Below are positions 20,465-30,834 of a DNA stretch of 64,000 nucleotides, piece by piece. The notes below the pieces were generated by a model, which worked only from the letters and a program-made list of their open reading frames with translations, searched no databases and was not told the origin of the DNA. The DNA is taken from assembly GCA_951812955.1 (NCBI GenBank), contig OX638340.1, forward strand, positions 448,001 through 512,000, written 5' to 3'. The stretch's first letter is position 1. Every line of letters starts with the position of its first letter. The DNA is from an uncultured Gemmatimonadota bacterium. GTDB lineage: Bacteria; JAAXHH01. Position numbers and translations under genes: made by a program.

Positions 20465-21088
20465 TCAGGAAAGCAGGGCAGACGACAGCAGGTCCACCAC
20501 CAGTTCTTCCTCTTCGTACCCGTAGGCCAGCCAGAACTGGTTCTCGTCGTGATCAAGGATCATGGTGGGGAACTTGTCGGCGTGGAGGGACCGGCGCAAT
20601 TCGAAATCCTTGTGGAGCAATTCGTCGGTGTGGTTTGAAACGAGGTCCTCGCAGAAGCGGTCGACATCCAGTCCCGCTTCCCCGGCGAGTTGCGCGAGCG
20701 TCTCCGCGTTCGACGGATTCCGCGCTTCGAGGTAATAGGCCCGCTGAATGGCGTTAAACATCGCCTCCGTCCCTTCCGGCCGTTGCATCCCGGCGGCGAT
20801 GACCGCCCGGCAGGCAGGGTAGGTCGATCTTCGCGGCTCGCAGTCCTTCCAGAAATCCCAGTTGAATTCCGCACCCGTCCGTTCTGCGACCAGCCGCCAC
20901 TGGGACTGCACGTAGGACCGGGTTTCACCGGACATGGGTTCTTCAGCATCGCGGGCCAGGCCGCCCATGACGTAGCGAATGGGGATTTCGACCGGTAGCA
21001 CGCCGGAGACCGACTCCAGCACGGGGCTGAATCCCCAGCACCAGGAGCACATGGGATCGGCGATGTAGTAGAGCACGTCCCGTTGCAT
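20465..21088 (-). CDS. DsbA family thiol:disulfide oxidoreductase-like protein (thioredoxin fold)
   Basis: 207 aa with CSWC (CxxC) near the N-terminus. Overall it resembles DSBA-like (PF01323-type) proteins. Confidence 0.75.
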   Translation of the reverse strand: MQRDVLYYIADPMCSWCWGFSPVLESVSGVLPVEIPIRYVMGGLARDAEEPMSGETRSYVQSQWRLVAERTGAEFNWDFWKDCEPRRSTYPACRAVIAAGMQRPEGTEAMFNAIQRAYYLEARNPSNAETLAQLAGEAGLDVDRFCEDLVSNHTDELLHKDFELRRSLHADKFPTMILDHDENQFWLAYGYEEEELVVDLLSSALLS

Positions 21089-21211
21089 GGCACGCCTTCC
21101 GCGAGTCGCCTGAAACCAACCAAAAAGACCTGTGCGAGTGTATTCCCGGAACGTATTATAATGAAGCCGAGATCACTTTTCCAAGAGTATATATCAGGAG
21201 GAGATGCACAT

Positions 21212-22300
21212 ATGTTCAACGGACTGGGCATGGACATGGGAAACCTGCCGCGGTTGTCGCGCGCCCGCACGCGATCCATCTCGCCGGAAAACACGGATGG
21301 CGGCAAGGGCCGGGGCGGCATGGCCACGGAGGGCACCGGAGCCCACAACGCGCGGCATCTCGGGCAGGGTTGGAAGGTTTCCCCATCCTTCGACATCGAA
21401 GCCGGCGAAACACTGACGATGGCCGATATAGAAGGATCCGGGGCCATACAGCATATCTGGCTGACACCCACCGGCCACTGGCGCTTCGCCATACTCCGCA
21501 TATTCTGGGACGACGAGGAACATCCTTCCGTGGAATGTCCCGTAGGTGATTTTTTCGCCTGCGGCTGGAGTGAATACGCGCACGTGTCGTCGTTAGCCGT
21601 GTGCGTGAACCCGGCCAGCTCTTTCAACTGCTACTGGGAAATGCCATTCCGCAAACGTTGCCGCATCACGCTGGAGAACATCGCCGACGAGAAGATGCGC
21701 GTGTACTACCAGATCGACTACACCCTGACCGAAGTGCCCGACGACATCGGCTACTTCCACGCAAACTTCAGGCGCGTGAACCCCCTTCCGTACAAAAAAG
21801 TATTCACCATTGTCGACGGTGTGAAGGGGCACGGCCATTACGTCGGCACCTACATGGCGTGGGGATCCAACAGCAACGGATGGTGGGGCGAGGGCGAGAT
21901 CAAGTTTTACATCGACGGGGACGACGAGTTTCCGACGATCTGCGGGACGGGCGTCGAGGACTACTTCTGCGGATCATACAACTTCGATATCGATGGCCGG
22001 TACGTGGAATACACCACCCCGTACGCGGGCATGCCCCAGGTCATCCGCCCGGACGGCCTGTATAAGTCCCAGCAGCGCTTCGGCATGTACCGGTGGCACG
22101 TGTCGGATCCCGTACGGTTCGAAGAAGATCTCAGGGTGACGATCCAGGCGCTGGGCTGGCGTCAGCTGCTCGGTTTTGCCGAAGGCGGCCCCTTTCAACC
22201 GCTCCAGGACGATATCGCTTCGGTGGCATTCTGGTACCAGACCCTGCCGAGTGAACCCTTCCCCGCGTTGCCGGACCGGGATCGACTGGAAGTCATCTGA
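21212..22300 (+). CDS. DUF2961 family protein (glycoside hydrolase family 172-like)
   Basis: Start at MFNGLGMDMGN (ATG at 21212, CAGGAGGAG upstream). The N-terminal region LSRARTRSISPENTDGGKGRGGMA resembles the conserved DUF2961 N-terminus. Assigned from memory of the family, not a search. Confidence 0.65.
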   Translation: MFNGLGMDMGNLPRLSRARTRSISPENTDGGKGRGGMATEGTGAHNARHLGQGWKVSPSFDIEAGETLTMADIEGSGAIQHIWLTPTGHWRFAILRIFWDDEEHPSVECPVGDFFACGWSEYAHVSSLAVCVNPASSFNCYWEMPFRKRCRITLENIADEKMRVYYQIDYTLTEVPDDIGYFHANFRRVNPLPYKKVFTIVDGVKGHGHYVGTYMAWGSNSNGWWGEGEIKFYIDGDDEFPTICGTGVEDYFCGSYNFDIDGRYVEYTTPYAGMPQVIRPDGLYKSQQRFGMYRWHVSDPVRFEEDLRVTIQALGWRQLLGFAEGGPFQPLQDDIASVAFWYQTLPSEPFPALPDRDRLEVI

Positions 22301-22356
22301 GTGGGAGGAATGTTACACGCGGCGGTACGGCACGTGCACCGGTCCGCGGGAGCATA

Positions 22357-23610
22357 ATGGAACCGGAACAGCTTCAGTCGGTCCGCAGCCGGATCACGCA
22401 CACCCTGTTCGTTACCCAGGCCCTCTTCGGCGCTACTCAGGTCGCGGCCTTCACCGTGGTGCCCATCCTGGCGGCGCAGCTAGCCGACAGCGAGCGCATG
22501 ACGGGCGTGCCCATGACCATCGCTTTTCTCGCCCGCTCGATCAGCGCTTTCCCCTTCGGCTGGATCATGGACCGCCTGGGTCGCCGGGCCGGGCTTACGG
22601 CCGGGTACGTGTCGTCCCTGATCGCCGCGGCAACGAGTTTCCTCAGCGTGGCCGTCCATTCCTTCGCCGGGTTCTGCATCGCGTCCTTTTTCGCAGGCAT
22701 GGCGCGCAGTTCCAGCGAGCAGGCCCGGTTTGTCGGCGCCGAAATCTACCCCGAGTCCGAACGGGCGCGCATCATCGGCCGAATCGTTTCCGCCGGCACG
22801 ATCAGCGCCATCGCCGGCGCCATGATGGTGGCGCCAGCGGGGATCTGGATCGCCCAATACGGCTACCCGCCCATGTCCGGCCCCTTCGTCGTCGGCGTGG
22901 GCCTGAGCCTTGCCGCAGTCCTGCTTACCGTATTTCTCGTCCGCCCCGATCCGCTGGACATCGCCCGGCGGATCAGACCTTCAGCTGAATCGGATATCGA
23001 CGAGTCGACCGCACGTCCCGTGCGGGAAATCCTCCGTAACGTGCACGTCAGATACGGGATCACGGCCATGGCCATCGGCCAGTTCGTCATGACGCTGCTC
23101 ATGGTGATTACCCCGCTGCACATGAGTCACCACGACCATGGTACGTGGCTGATCTCCTGGGTCATCATGGCCCACGCTATCGGCATGTTCGGGGTTTCCG
23201 GCATAACCGGCCGCCTGATCATGCGGTGGGGGCAGCACAATGTGATCATATGGGGCATGATCATCCTCCTCGTCTCCTGCGTGATCGCACCTGTTTCACC
23301 ACGGTTCATTCCGCTCGCGATCGCCCTCTTCCTCCTGGGGCTGGGGTGGAACTTCTGTTTCATCGCTGGCTCGTCTCTGCTTTCCAATGCGCTCGCCCCC
23401 CTCGAACGTGGACGCGTCCAGGGCGTCAACGAGATGTTCATCGCGCTGGCAGCGAGCTCCGCCAGCCTGGTGACGGGGTTTCTATTCGAAATGGGCGGTA
23501 TGCTGCTGCTGGCCGCGATCGGGACGGCCTTTTCCGTCGTGCTGGGATGCTACAGCCTGCTCTACGCTCGGAAAACGGGTCGGGAAACGCAAGCGGAAGC
23601 AGCGGGTTGA
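22357..23610 (+). CDS. MFS transporter
   Basis: 417 aa, 12 predicted TM helices, with an MFS-like GWIMDRLGRRAGL motif in loop 2-3. Confidence 0.85.
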   Translation: MEPEQLQSVRSRITHTLFVTQALFGATQVAAFTVVPILAAQLADSERMTGVPMTIAFLARSISAFPFGWIMDRLGRRAGLTAGYVSSLIAAATSFLSVAVHSFAGFCIASFFAGMARSSSEQARFVGAEIYPESERARIIGRIVSAGTISAIAGAMMVAPAGIWIAQYGYPPMSGPFVVGVGLSLAAVLLTVFLVRPDPLDIARRIRPSAESDIDESTARPVREILRNVHVRYGITAMAIGQFVMTLLMVITPLHMSHHDHGTWLISWVIMAHAIGMFGVSGITGRLIMRWGQHNVIIWGMIILLVSCVIAPVSPRFIPLAIALFLLGLGWNFCFIAGSSLLSNALAPLERGRVQGVNEMFIALAASSASLVTGFLFEMGGMLLLAAIGTAFSVVLGCYSLLYARKTGRETQAEAAG

Positions 23611-23645
23611 GCGCGGTTTGATTACTTGTACATTTATTGTGTGGT

Positions 23646-24803
23646 TTACGGCCGAACCGGTTCGGGGATCTCGTCCACCGAGGCACATCCCAGGTTGGCC
23701 ATGTTGACTTCGAGATCGGCCTTGAGGATCTCGAAGGCATGATCGCCCCCCGTTTTACCGAATGCGCCCACGCCGTACATGAAGGCCCTTCCCAGCAGCA
23801 CGAAATCTGCGCCCAGCGACAGGGCCCGGATGATGTCCAGTCCGGTGCGCACCCCGCTGTCGAACAGGACACGGGCCCGTCCATTGACCTGGCGGACGAT
23901 GGGTGCAAGCGCGTCGATGGCGGCGAGCGTGCCGTCAAACTGCCGCGCGCCGTGGTTCGAGACCTGGATGCCGTCCACGCCGGTCTCTATCGCCCGTTCC
24001 GCGTCGTCGGGATGAAGGATGCCCTTCACGATCACCGGTCCGTCCCAGATATCGCGCGCCTCACGGATATAGTCCCAGTCCAGCGTACCGCCCAGTTCCT
24101 GGCCGACGTAACTCGCCACCTCGCCCATCTGCTTCGAATCGGCGTATTTTTCGATGGCCCTGAGCCTGGGCAGGCCGGCGAGCAGGGTCTGAATCGTCCA
24201 GGTGGGATGCATCAGCGCTTCGTAAACGAACCCGGCCGTGATCCGCGGCGGCGTCTCCAGGCCCGCCCGGCTGGTCCGTTCCCTGCGGCTGCCCACGGGC
24301 ACGTCCGCCGTGACCACGAGCGTATGGAAGCCGGCGTCCATGGCGCGCTTCAACAGATCGTCCCGTATTTCCCGCCGCCTGGGAGGATATAGTTGAAACC
24401 AGCCCATGTCACCTACCAGGGGGCCGACCGACTCGGGCGACTGCGTGGCTACCGTACTCAGGCAGTAGGGAAAGCGGTATTTCGCGGCTGTGGCGGCCAG
24501 GATAAACTCCGCCCTGGGCCACATGAGCCCAGTCAGTCCCACCGGCGAAACGCCAAAAGGCACGCTGTACGTCCGGCCGAACAGTTTCGTGGTCAGATCG
24601 GGCTTCAGTTCGCCCCGCATGAACACCGGCGCGAGCATGACTTCCGCCATGCGTTCCAGGTTCCTCGCCACCGCACGTTCGTCCCCTGTCCCGCAGTCCA
24701 GGTATTCCCACGCAATGTGCGGCAGTCTCTTGCGGGTCAGTCTGCGCAGGTCGCTCACTGCCGGATATCGCTGCAACCGTCGTTTGAATCGTTTTTCCGT
24801 CAT
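23646..24803 (-). CDS. FMN-dependent alpha-hydroxy acid dehydrogenase (L-lactate dehydrogenase/glycolate oxidase family)
   Basis: Start at MTEKRFKRRLQRYP. TIM-barrel FMN family motifs, including VSNHGARQFDG and GADFVLLGRAFMYG. Confidence 0.85.
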   Translation of the reverse strand: MTEKRFKRRLQRYPAVSDLRRLTRKRLPHIAWEYLDCGTGDERAVARNLERMAEVMLAPVFMRGELKPDLTTKLFGRTYSVPFGVSPVGLTGLMWPRAEFILAATAAKYRFPYCLSTVATQSPESVGPLVGDMGWFQLYPPRRREIRDDLLKRAMDAGFHTLVVTADVPVGSRRERTSRAGLETPPRITAGFVYEALMHPTWTIQTLLAGLPRLRAIEKYADSKQMGEVASYVGQELGGTLDWDYIREARDIWDGPVIVKGILHPDDAERAIETGVDGIQVSNHGARQFDGTLAAIDALAPIVRQVNGRARVLFDSGVRTGLDIIRALSLGADFVLLGRAFMYGVGAFGKTGGDHAFEILKADLEVNMANLGCASVDEIPEPVRP

Positions 24804-24945
24804 GTTGTTCGTTCCGCTCGGGCGGTAAATGATGGTTGATTTCAGCCGTGGTACCGCGTAATTTGCTATGGGCCTCGCGCCGCGAGTCCGGCGGCGAGCG
24901 TACCCCAAGATATAGGTATGCACTCAAAAAAAGCAAGGCGATCAA

Positions 24946-27036
24946 ATGGAAAGCAATCCACTGCTGAACTGGAACGACCTGCCCTCCTTCGACCAGATCG
25001 AAATCGGTCATATCGAACCGGGCATCCATGCGGTGCTTGAACGATGCGAACGGTCCGTAGTCCGTCTCGAGGAAACAGCGCCGTGCACCTGGCACGCGCT
25101 CATGGACCCGCTCGAGAAAATAGAAGACGACCTGGGACGCACATGGGGCATCGTGTCCCACCTCCACGGGGTGAAGAACTCACCTGAACTGCGGGAGGTC
25201 TACGACCCCCTGCTTGCTGAAGTGGTCAAGTTCAGCAACCGGCTCGGCCAAAGCGGACCCCTGTACCAGGCGTTCTGCGCCTTGCGGGACAGTGACGAAG
25301 CAAAGCAATTCGAACCCGCGCAGGAGCGTATACTGGCGTCGGCTATCCACGAAGCCGAGTTGAACGGCGTGGGGCTCGACGACGCGGGACGCGAACGCTA
25401 CAACGAGATCAGCGAACGGCTCGCGGAACTGAGCACGAAGTTTTCGAACAATGTCCTCGACGCCACCAAGGCCTACAGAATCACGCTGACAGAATCTGAA
25501 GAAGTCGACGGGCTTCCGGCTACCCTGCTCGAACTGGCAGCGGACACGGCCCGGCAGGAGGGACACGAACAGGCCACTTCGTCGGACGGTCCGTGGGTGC
25601 TCACGCTGGACTATCCCAGTTTCATGCCGTTCATGCAGCACAGCAAGCGACGGGACCTGCGGGAGCAAATGTACCGCGCCTTCGTTTCCAAGGCGTCGGA
25701 CGGACAGTGGGACAACCGGGATGTAGCCAGGGAGATCGTCGCCCTGAGGAACGACAAGTGCAGACTGCTCGGGTTTAATACCTTCGCGGAGTTGAGTCTC
25801 AGTCGGAAAATGGCGCCTGATGCGGGATCTGTGCGGGGCCTGCTCAACGAACTGAGCTCGGCGAGCCGCGGCGCCGCCAAACACGACATGGAGGCGCTCA
25901 AGGCGCTGGCAGGCGTCGAGAAAGACGGCGAACTGAGGCACTGGGACGTCCCCTACTGGTCGGAACGGCTTCGCGAGACGCGCTACGACCTGAAGGACGA
26001 AGAACTCAGACCCTATTTTCCGTTGCCCCGCGTGTTGAACGGATTGTTCGAACTCACGGAGCGGCTGTTCGAGGTGCGCCTGGAGGAGACGACCGGCGAA
26101 GCACCGGTATGGCATGAAGACGTACAGTACTTCCGGGTATACGACGATCGGAACGAACCCGTGGCGGGGTTCTACCTGGACCCGTACAGCCGTCCCGCGG
26201 AGAAGCAGGGCGGCGCGTGGATGGATACGCTGGTGGGCAGAAGCGCGGTCATGGCTTCCTCCGGACAGGCTGCCCGGCTGCCCGTGGCCTATATGATCTG
26301 CAACCAGGGTAAGCCCGTCGGCGGCAAACCCTCCCTCATGACGTTCCGGGAAGTGGAAACCCTTTTTCACGAGTTCGGCCACGCCCTCCAGCACATGTTG
26401 ACGAACATCGATTACGGCATGGCGTCCGGTATTTCCAACGTGGAATGGGACGCGGTGGAGATCGCCAGTCAGTTCATGGAAAACTGGTGTTACGACCGGG
26501 CGACGTTGAAAGGCCTGGCACGCCATTACGAGACGGACGAACCGCTGCCGGATGAAATCATCGATCGCCTGCTTGGCGCCAGGACGTTCCGGGAGGGCAG
26601 CAATACCCTCAGGCAGGTGAACTTCGGCCTGCTCGACATGGAGCTGCACGAAGGTTTCGATCCGGAGGGATCGGAGACCATCCTAGACGTGCAGCGCCGG
26701 ATCGATGCGCAGACGCTGATCCTGCCGTCGCTGGCGGAGGATCGGTTCTTCTGTTCGTTCTCCCACATTTTCGCGGGAGGTTACGCGGCAGGATACTATA
26801 GTTACAAGTGGTCGGAAGTGCTCAGTGCGGACGCCTTCTCCGCGTTCCAGGAAGCGGGTCTGGATAACGACGGGGAGATGCGTCGCCTGGGCCGCAGGTT
26901 CCGCGATACCATCCTCGCCCTCGGCGGCAGCCGGCATCCCATGGACGTCTTCAGAGATTTCCGCGGGCGGGAACCTACCACGGAAGCGCTGCTTCGCCAG
27001 GGCGGCCTTCTGGAGGCGGGCGGTGAAAGTCGCTGA
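24946..27036 (+). CDS. prlC: Oligopeptidase A (M3 family zinc metallopeptidase)
   Basis: 696 aa. HEFGHALQH zinc-binding motif. Length and overall architecture match PrlC/Dcp. Confidence 0.9.
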   Translation: MESNPLLNWNDLPSFDQIEIGHIEPGIHAVLERCERSVVRLEETAPCTWHALMDPLEKIEDDLGRTWGIVSHLHGVKNSPELREVYDPLLAEVVKFSNRLGQSGPLYQAFCALRDSDEAKQFEPAQERILASAIHEAELNGVGLDDAGRERYNEISERLAELSTKFSNNVLDATKAYRITLTESEEVDGLPATLLELAADTARQEGHEQATSSDGPWVLTLDYPSFMPFMQHSKRRDLREQMYRAFVSKASDGQWDNRDVAREIVALRNDKCRLLGFNTFAELSLSRKMAPDAGSVRGLLNELSSASRGAAKHDMEALKALAGVEKDGELRHWDVPYWSERLRETRYDLKDEELRPYFPLPRVLNGLFELTERLFEVRLEETTGEAPVWHEDVQYFRVYDDRNEPVAGFYLDPYSRPAEKQGGAWMDTLVGRSAVMASSGQAARLPVAYMICNQGKPVGGKPSLMTFREVETLFHEFGHALQHMLTNIDYGMASGISNVEWDAVEIASQFMENWCYDRATLKGLARHYETDEPLPDEIIDRLLGARTFREGSNTLRQVNFGLLDMELHEGFDPEGSETILDVQRRIDAQTLILPSLAEDRFFCSFSHIFAGGYAAGYYSYKWSEVLSADAFSAFQEAGLDNDGEMRRLGRRFRDTILALGGSRHPMDVFRDFRGREPTTEALLRQGGLLEAGGESR

Positions 27037-27081
27037 GCGGCAGATTCAGCGTCTTCCTGGCCTACACCGGCGGGTTGCTCC

Positions 27082-28161
27082 ATGAAAGACTCCGTTCGCA
27101 TCGGCATGATCGGCGCCGGGCACATTGCGCATTCCCATGCGGAGGCCTGGCGGAAGGAAGCCTCGCTGACCGCGGTCGCCAGCCGCCGTATCGAAAGCGC
27201 CCGATCTCTGGCGGACCGGTATGGCATTCCCCACGTGTGCCGGGATGTCGACGAGTTGCTCAATCGCAGCGACGTCGACGCCGTCGGCATTACCACGCCC
27301 CATCACCTGCATCATCCAATCGCCCTGGCGGCCCTGAATGCCGGTAAGTCCGTATTCTCCGAGAAACCTCTCGCGATGAACGGGTCACAGGCACGGGAGA
27401 TGTGGCTCGCAGCCCGTCGCTACGGGGCAAAAACCGGTATCCAGTCGGGCCTTCGACTCTTTTCCGCGCTCCGGCTCCTGTCCCGATTGTTGCGGGACGG
27501 AACAGCCGGGAGAGTCCATACATTCGACGCCCACTGGTCCTTCGACTGGGCAAGGCAGCCCGATTTTCCGCTCACCTGGCGGTTCCGTCGGGCCGAAGCG
27601 GGCACCGGGGCCCTGGGCGATCTCGGGGTATACATGATCGACGCGGCCCGGTGGCTCGTCGGCGAGATATCGCAGGTGAATGCGGAACTGGCCTTGTACG
27701 TGACGCACCGTCCATTGCTCACCGCGGAAGATCATTTCGGTGAACTGCGTAGGAAGCACCGGGAAGGGGAACTGGATATCCCGCGCGAGACCGGGCAGGT
27801 GGAAAACGATGACGTCTGCCAGTTAATGCTGCGGTTCGAGAACGGAGCCCGTGGGTCGATCCGAGCCAGCAGGCTGCACCAGGAACATACCCTGCGCGTG
27901 GATTGCGAGCGGACTTCCTATTTCTGGCAGATGGAGGGCGGCGGAGACCTGATGGAACGGGCTTCGGACGACAAATACATGCCCGTATGGGTTCCTGCAA
28001 CGTCCCACGATGACAGCATCGTCACGACTTTTCTGGACAATATCCGACAGGACCGGGACGAGGCGCCCACCTTCCGTGATGGCCTGGCGGCCCAGCTTGT
28101 GATTGACGCGGCGGTAGAGTCGAACGACACAGGCAGGTGGGTTGAAGTTGAGCGAATCTAG
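27082..28161 (+). CDS. Gfo/Idh/MocA family oxidoreductase
   Basis: 359 aa. N-terminal VRIGMIGAGHIAHSHAEAW Rossmann motif, an EKPLA motif, and the C-terminal GFO_IDH_MocA domain. Confidence 0.9.
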   Translation: MKDSVRIGMIGAGHIAHSHAEAWRKEASLTAVASRRIESARSLADRYGIPHVCRDVDELLNRSDVDAVGITTPHHLHHPIALAALNAGKSVFSEKPLAMNGSQAREMWLAARRYGAKTGIQSGLRLFSALRLLSRLLRDGTAGRVHTFDAHWSFDWARQPDFPLTWRFRRAEAGTGALGDLGVYMIDAARWLVGEISQVNAELALYVTHRPLLTAEDHFGELRRKHREGELDIPRETGQVENDDVCQLMLRFENGARGSIRASRLHQEHTLRVDCERTSYFWQMEGGGDLMERASDDKYMPVWVPATSHDDSIVTTFLDNIRQDRDEAPTFRDGLAAQLVIDAAVESNDTGRWVEVERI

Positions 28162-28206
28162 GGACCTGGGGATGCTCCCGAAGTACGAAAAGCCGGTGAG
28201 TCGCCA

Positions 28207-28974
28207 ATGAATCTCGATTTCCTGCTTGTATCCGCTACGAATATTGAACAGGAGTCGATCCGTGCATCGATGAAAGTCGACGGAACGGATCGGCCCCAGG
28301 GGCGACCGTGGCACCTAGGCTCGTTGTCCGGAAAGTCGGTGCTCCTGATCGAGGGCGGCGTGGGACAGGTCAATACGGCCTCGGCCCTGACCCTGGCGCT
28401 GACACGCCATGAACCCGCTGTCATCCTGCAATTCGGTGTGGGCGGCGCATACTTGCGGTCAGGTCTCCGCGTCGGCGACCTCGCCGTCGCCACAGAGGAA
28501 TGGTACGGTGACACCGGCATCGTGACACCGGAGGGCTGGATGGATATGGAGCAGATGGGGTTTCCCATGCTCGCCGGCCGTACGGCCGTCCACGGAAAGA
28601 CGCCAGAGGAGCCCCTGTACAACAGGATACCGCTCGACGCAGCGCGAACGGAGAACATCCGGCAATGCCTCGCATCCGGATTGGAAGCCGAATCAGCACA
28701 CCAGACCGTGGCCGGTTCCTTCGTCACCGTGCAGCAATGCAGCGGCGTCCAGTCGGTCGGCGATACGCTGGCCGCCCGTTATGACGGAATATGTGAGAAC
28801 ATGGAAGGCGCGGCGGCAGCTCATGTAGCCGTGGCGAACGGCATTCCCTTTGTGGAAATCCGCGGCATCAGCAACCGGGTGGTCGACCGAGACCTGTCCG
28901 GCTGGGATCTGCCCCTGGCAATCCGCCGCTGCCAGCAGGCGGTGAAACTGATCATGGAACAGGGAGTCCAATGA
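28207..28974 (+). CDS. mqnB: Futalosine hydrolase (MTA/SAH-nucleosidase family), menaquinone biosynthesis via the futalosine pathway
   Basis: PNP_UDP_1 family motifs (the GVGGAY region; ENMEGAAAAHVAVANGIPFVEIRGISNRV resembles the MTAN EMEGAA block). Called MqnB because it sits immediately next to mqnD. Confidence 0.7.
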   Translation: MNLDFLLVSATNIEQESIRASMKVDGTDRPQGRPWHLGSLSGKSVLLIEGGVGQVNTASALTLALTRHEPAVILQFGVGGAYLRSGLRVGDLAVATEEWYGDTGIVTPEGWMDMEQMGFPMLAGRTAVHGKTPEEPLYNRIPLDAARTENIRQCLASGLEAESAHQTVAGSFVTVQQCSGVQSVGDTLAARYDGICENMEGAAAAHVAVANGIPFVEIRGISNRVVDRDLSGWDLPLAIRRCQQAVKLIMEQGVQ

Positions 28975-29048
28975 CTGGGCGCGCGCTTAGCGGCTCTTTT
29001 CCAGGATATGTACTGCGTCTTCGATCCCGCATGTAAACAGGTAGCATC

Positions 29049-29876
29049 ATGACACCCCTTTCACTCGGGTACTCTCCCTGTCCGAACGATACGTTCATCT
29101 TCTGTGCCTTGACCCAGGGCAGGATTCCCGATGCGCCTCCTTGCCGTGAGGTATTGGAAGATATCGAGTCCCTGAATACCCTCGCTCTTGAGCGGAAACT
29201 GGACCTGACGAAAATTTCCTTTCACGCCCTGGCCCACCTCAGGGACCATTACGTCCTGCTCCGGTCCGGTGGGGCGCTGGGCCGGGGATGCGGCCCCCTG
29301 GTGGTTTCGAGAGAACCGTTGTCGCCGGAACGGTTGAAGGGAAAGAAAATCGCGCTGCCCGGACGCCTGACCACGGCGGCACTGCTAATGAGGCTTTTCG
29401 ATCCTGCCCTGGATCGACTGGTCTACCTTCCATTCGACGAGATCATGCCGGCCTGCGAACGCGGTGACGTCGACGCCGGGGTGATCATCCACGAAAGCCG
29501 GTTTACTTTCGCAGCATACGGCCTCTCGCAAGTGATCGACCTCGGAGCCTGGTGGGAGGAAGAGACCGGTCACCCGATACCCCTGGGAGGGATTCTCGCG
29601 CGGAGGGACCTGGGACGTTCGATGCACGAACGGCTCGACCGGTCGATACGATCGAGCATCGAATTCGCCTATGCCCATCCCTGTGAAGTCAGGCCCTATA
29701 TCAGGCGCTACGCCCAGGAAATGGATGAAACGGTCATGCAGCAACACATCGATCTCTACGTGAATGAGTACTCCCTGCAGTATGGAGAGGACGGGGAAGC
29801 TGCTATTCACGACCTGTACGCACGCGCCGAGGAAGCCGGTATCGTGCCTGCGTCGGGTCATTCACTGTACGAGTGA
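29049..29876 (+). CDS. mqnD: 1,4-dihydroxy-6-naphthoate synthase (MqnD)
   Basis: The N-terminus LSLGYSPCPNDTFIFCAL is the characteristic MqnD (PF02621) start. 275 aa. Confidence 0.8.
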   Translation: MTPLSLGYSPCPNDTFIFCALTQGRIPDAPPCREVLEDIESLNTLALERKLDLTKISFHALAHLRDHYVLLRSGGALGRGCGPLVVSREPLSPERLKGKKIALPGRLTTAALLMRLFDPALDRLVYLPFDEIMPACERGDVDAGVIIHESRFTFAAYGLSQVIDLGAWWEEETGHPIPLGGILARRDLGRSMHERLDRSIRSSIEFAYAHPCEVRPYIRRYAQEMDETVMQQHIDLYVNEYSLQYGEDGEAAIHDLYARAEEAGIVPASGHSLYE

Positions 29877-29953
29877 CGGCGCTTGCGCCAAGGGAAACCC
29901 GAGACGGTAATCCAGGTCTTGCGGGTGATCCGATATTATCGAAAGGAAGCAAC

Positions 29954-30766
29954 ATGCGAATACTGATCATGACGGACATGGAAGGGGTCAGCGGCATCGT
30001 GGCCTGGGACCAGGTAAACGGCGGCAAGCCCATGTACGAGGAGGGCAGGCGGCTGTATACAGAGGAGATCAACGCCGCCGTTCGGGGCGCACGGGCTGCG
30101 GGGGCAACGGAGATCGTGGTGGTCGACTGTCACGGCGCCGGGGGAGACTGGACCTTCAATTCGCTGGTGCCCGAGTTACTCGATCCCGGATGTGAATGGG
30201 TCGCGAAGCATCCCTGGTCGCGTTACACGGAGATGTTTGAAACGGGATGCGACGCCGCGCTTTTCGTCGGCATGCACGCCCGGGCGAACACCCCCGACGG
30301 CGTGATGTGTCACACGATCTCCACCACGGGCTGGCGCAGTTTGCATTTCAATGACGACGAGGTGGGTGAAGTCGGTATCAACGCCGCCCTGTGCGGTCAC
30401 TACGGGGTTCCCGTGCTGCTGGTCACCGGCGACGAGGCCGTTTGCCGGGAATCCCGGGAACTCCTGGGCGAGAATCTGCCGGTCGTGGCCGTGAAACGGG
30501 GTCTTTCAAGGTACTCGGCCAGGCAGATTCCCCCGGTGCGGGCTCGACAGATGATCGAGGACGGAACGCGGCAGGCGCTTCAGGACATGCCGAATATCAA
30601 TCCATACGTCCCAACGGCGCCCACGAAGATCACCATCGAATTGGACACCGTGGACAACGCATCACATCACAGGGGCAGGCAAGGAGTGTCGTTTCCCGAC
30701 CCCCTGACCGTCGTCAGCGAGGGCCGGGACTGGATGGAAGCCTGGAATCAGATCTGGGGCTGGTAG
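29954..30766 (+). CDS. Peptidase M55 family D-aminopeptidase (DppA-like)
   Basis: Start at MRILIMTDMEGVSGI (AAGGAAG upstream), the hallmark M55 N-terminus. Confidence 0.8.
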   Translation: MRILIMTDMEGVSGIVAWDQVNGGKPMYEEGRRLYTEEINAAVRGARAAGATEIVVVDCHGAGGDWTFNSLVPELLDPGCEWVAKHPWSRYTEMFETGCDAALFVGMHARANTPDGVMCHTISTTGWRSLHFNDDEVGEVGINAALCGHYGVPVLLVTGDEAVCRESRELLGENLPVVAVKRGLSRYSARQIPPVRARQMIEDGTRQALQDMPNINPYVPTAPTKITIELDTVDNASHHRGRQGVSFPDPLTVVSEGRDWMEAWNQIWGW

Positions 30767-30834
30767 TTGCTGGCCAGCCAGGTTTTTTCAAACTGATCTT
30801 CGAAAACGCCCGTTAGCGCGACTATCCGAGATGC

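Noticed and set aside
20560-21627. 355-aa minus-strand ORF overlapping the DsbA-like and DUF2961 genes
   Set aside because: Pro/Arg/Ser-rich translation typical of an off-frame read-through in high-GC DNA. It overlaps two better-supported genes on both strands.
23654-23667. Perfect 14-nt palindrome ccgaaccggttcgg
   Set aside because: It lies inside the C-terminal coding region of the alpha-hydroxy-acid dehydrogenase gene, so it is probably coincidental.
25180-26649. 489-aa minus-strand ORF inside prlC
   Set aside because: Shadow ORF opposite a gene with a clear HEFGH M3 motif. The translation is low-complexity.
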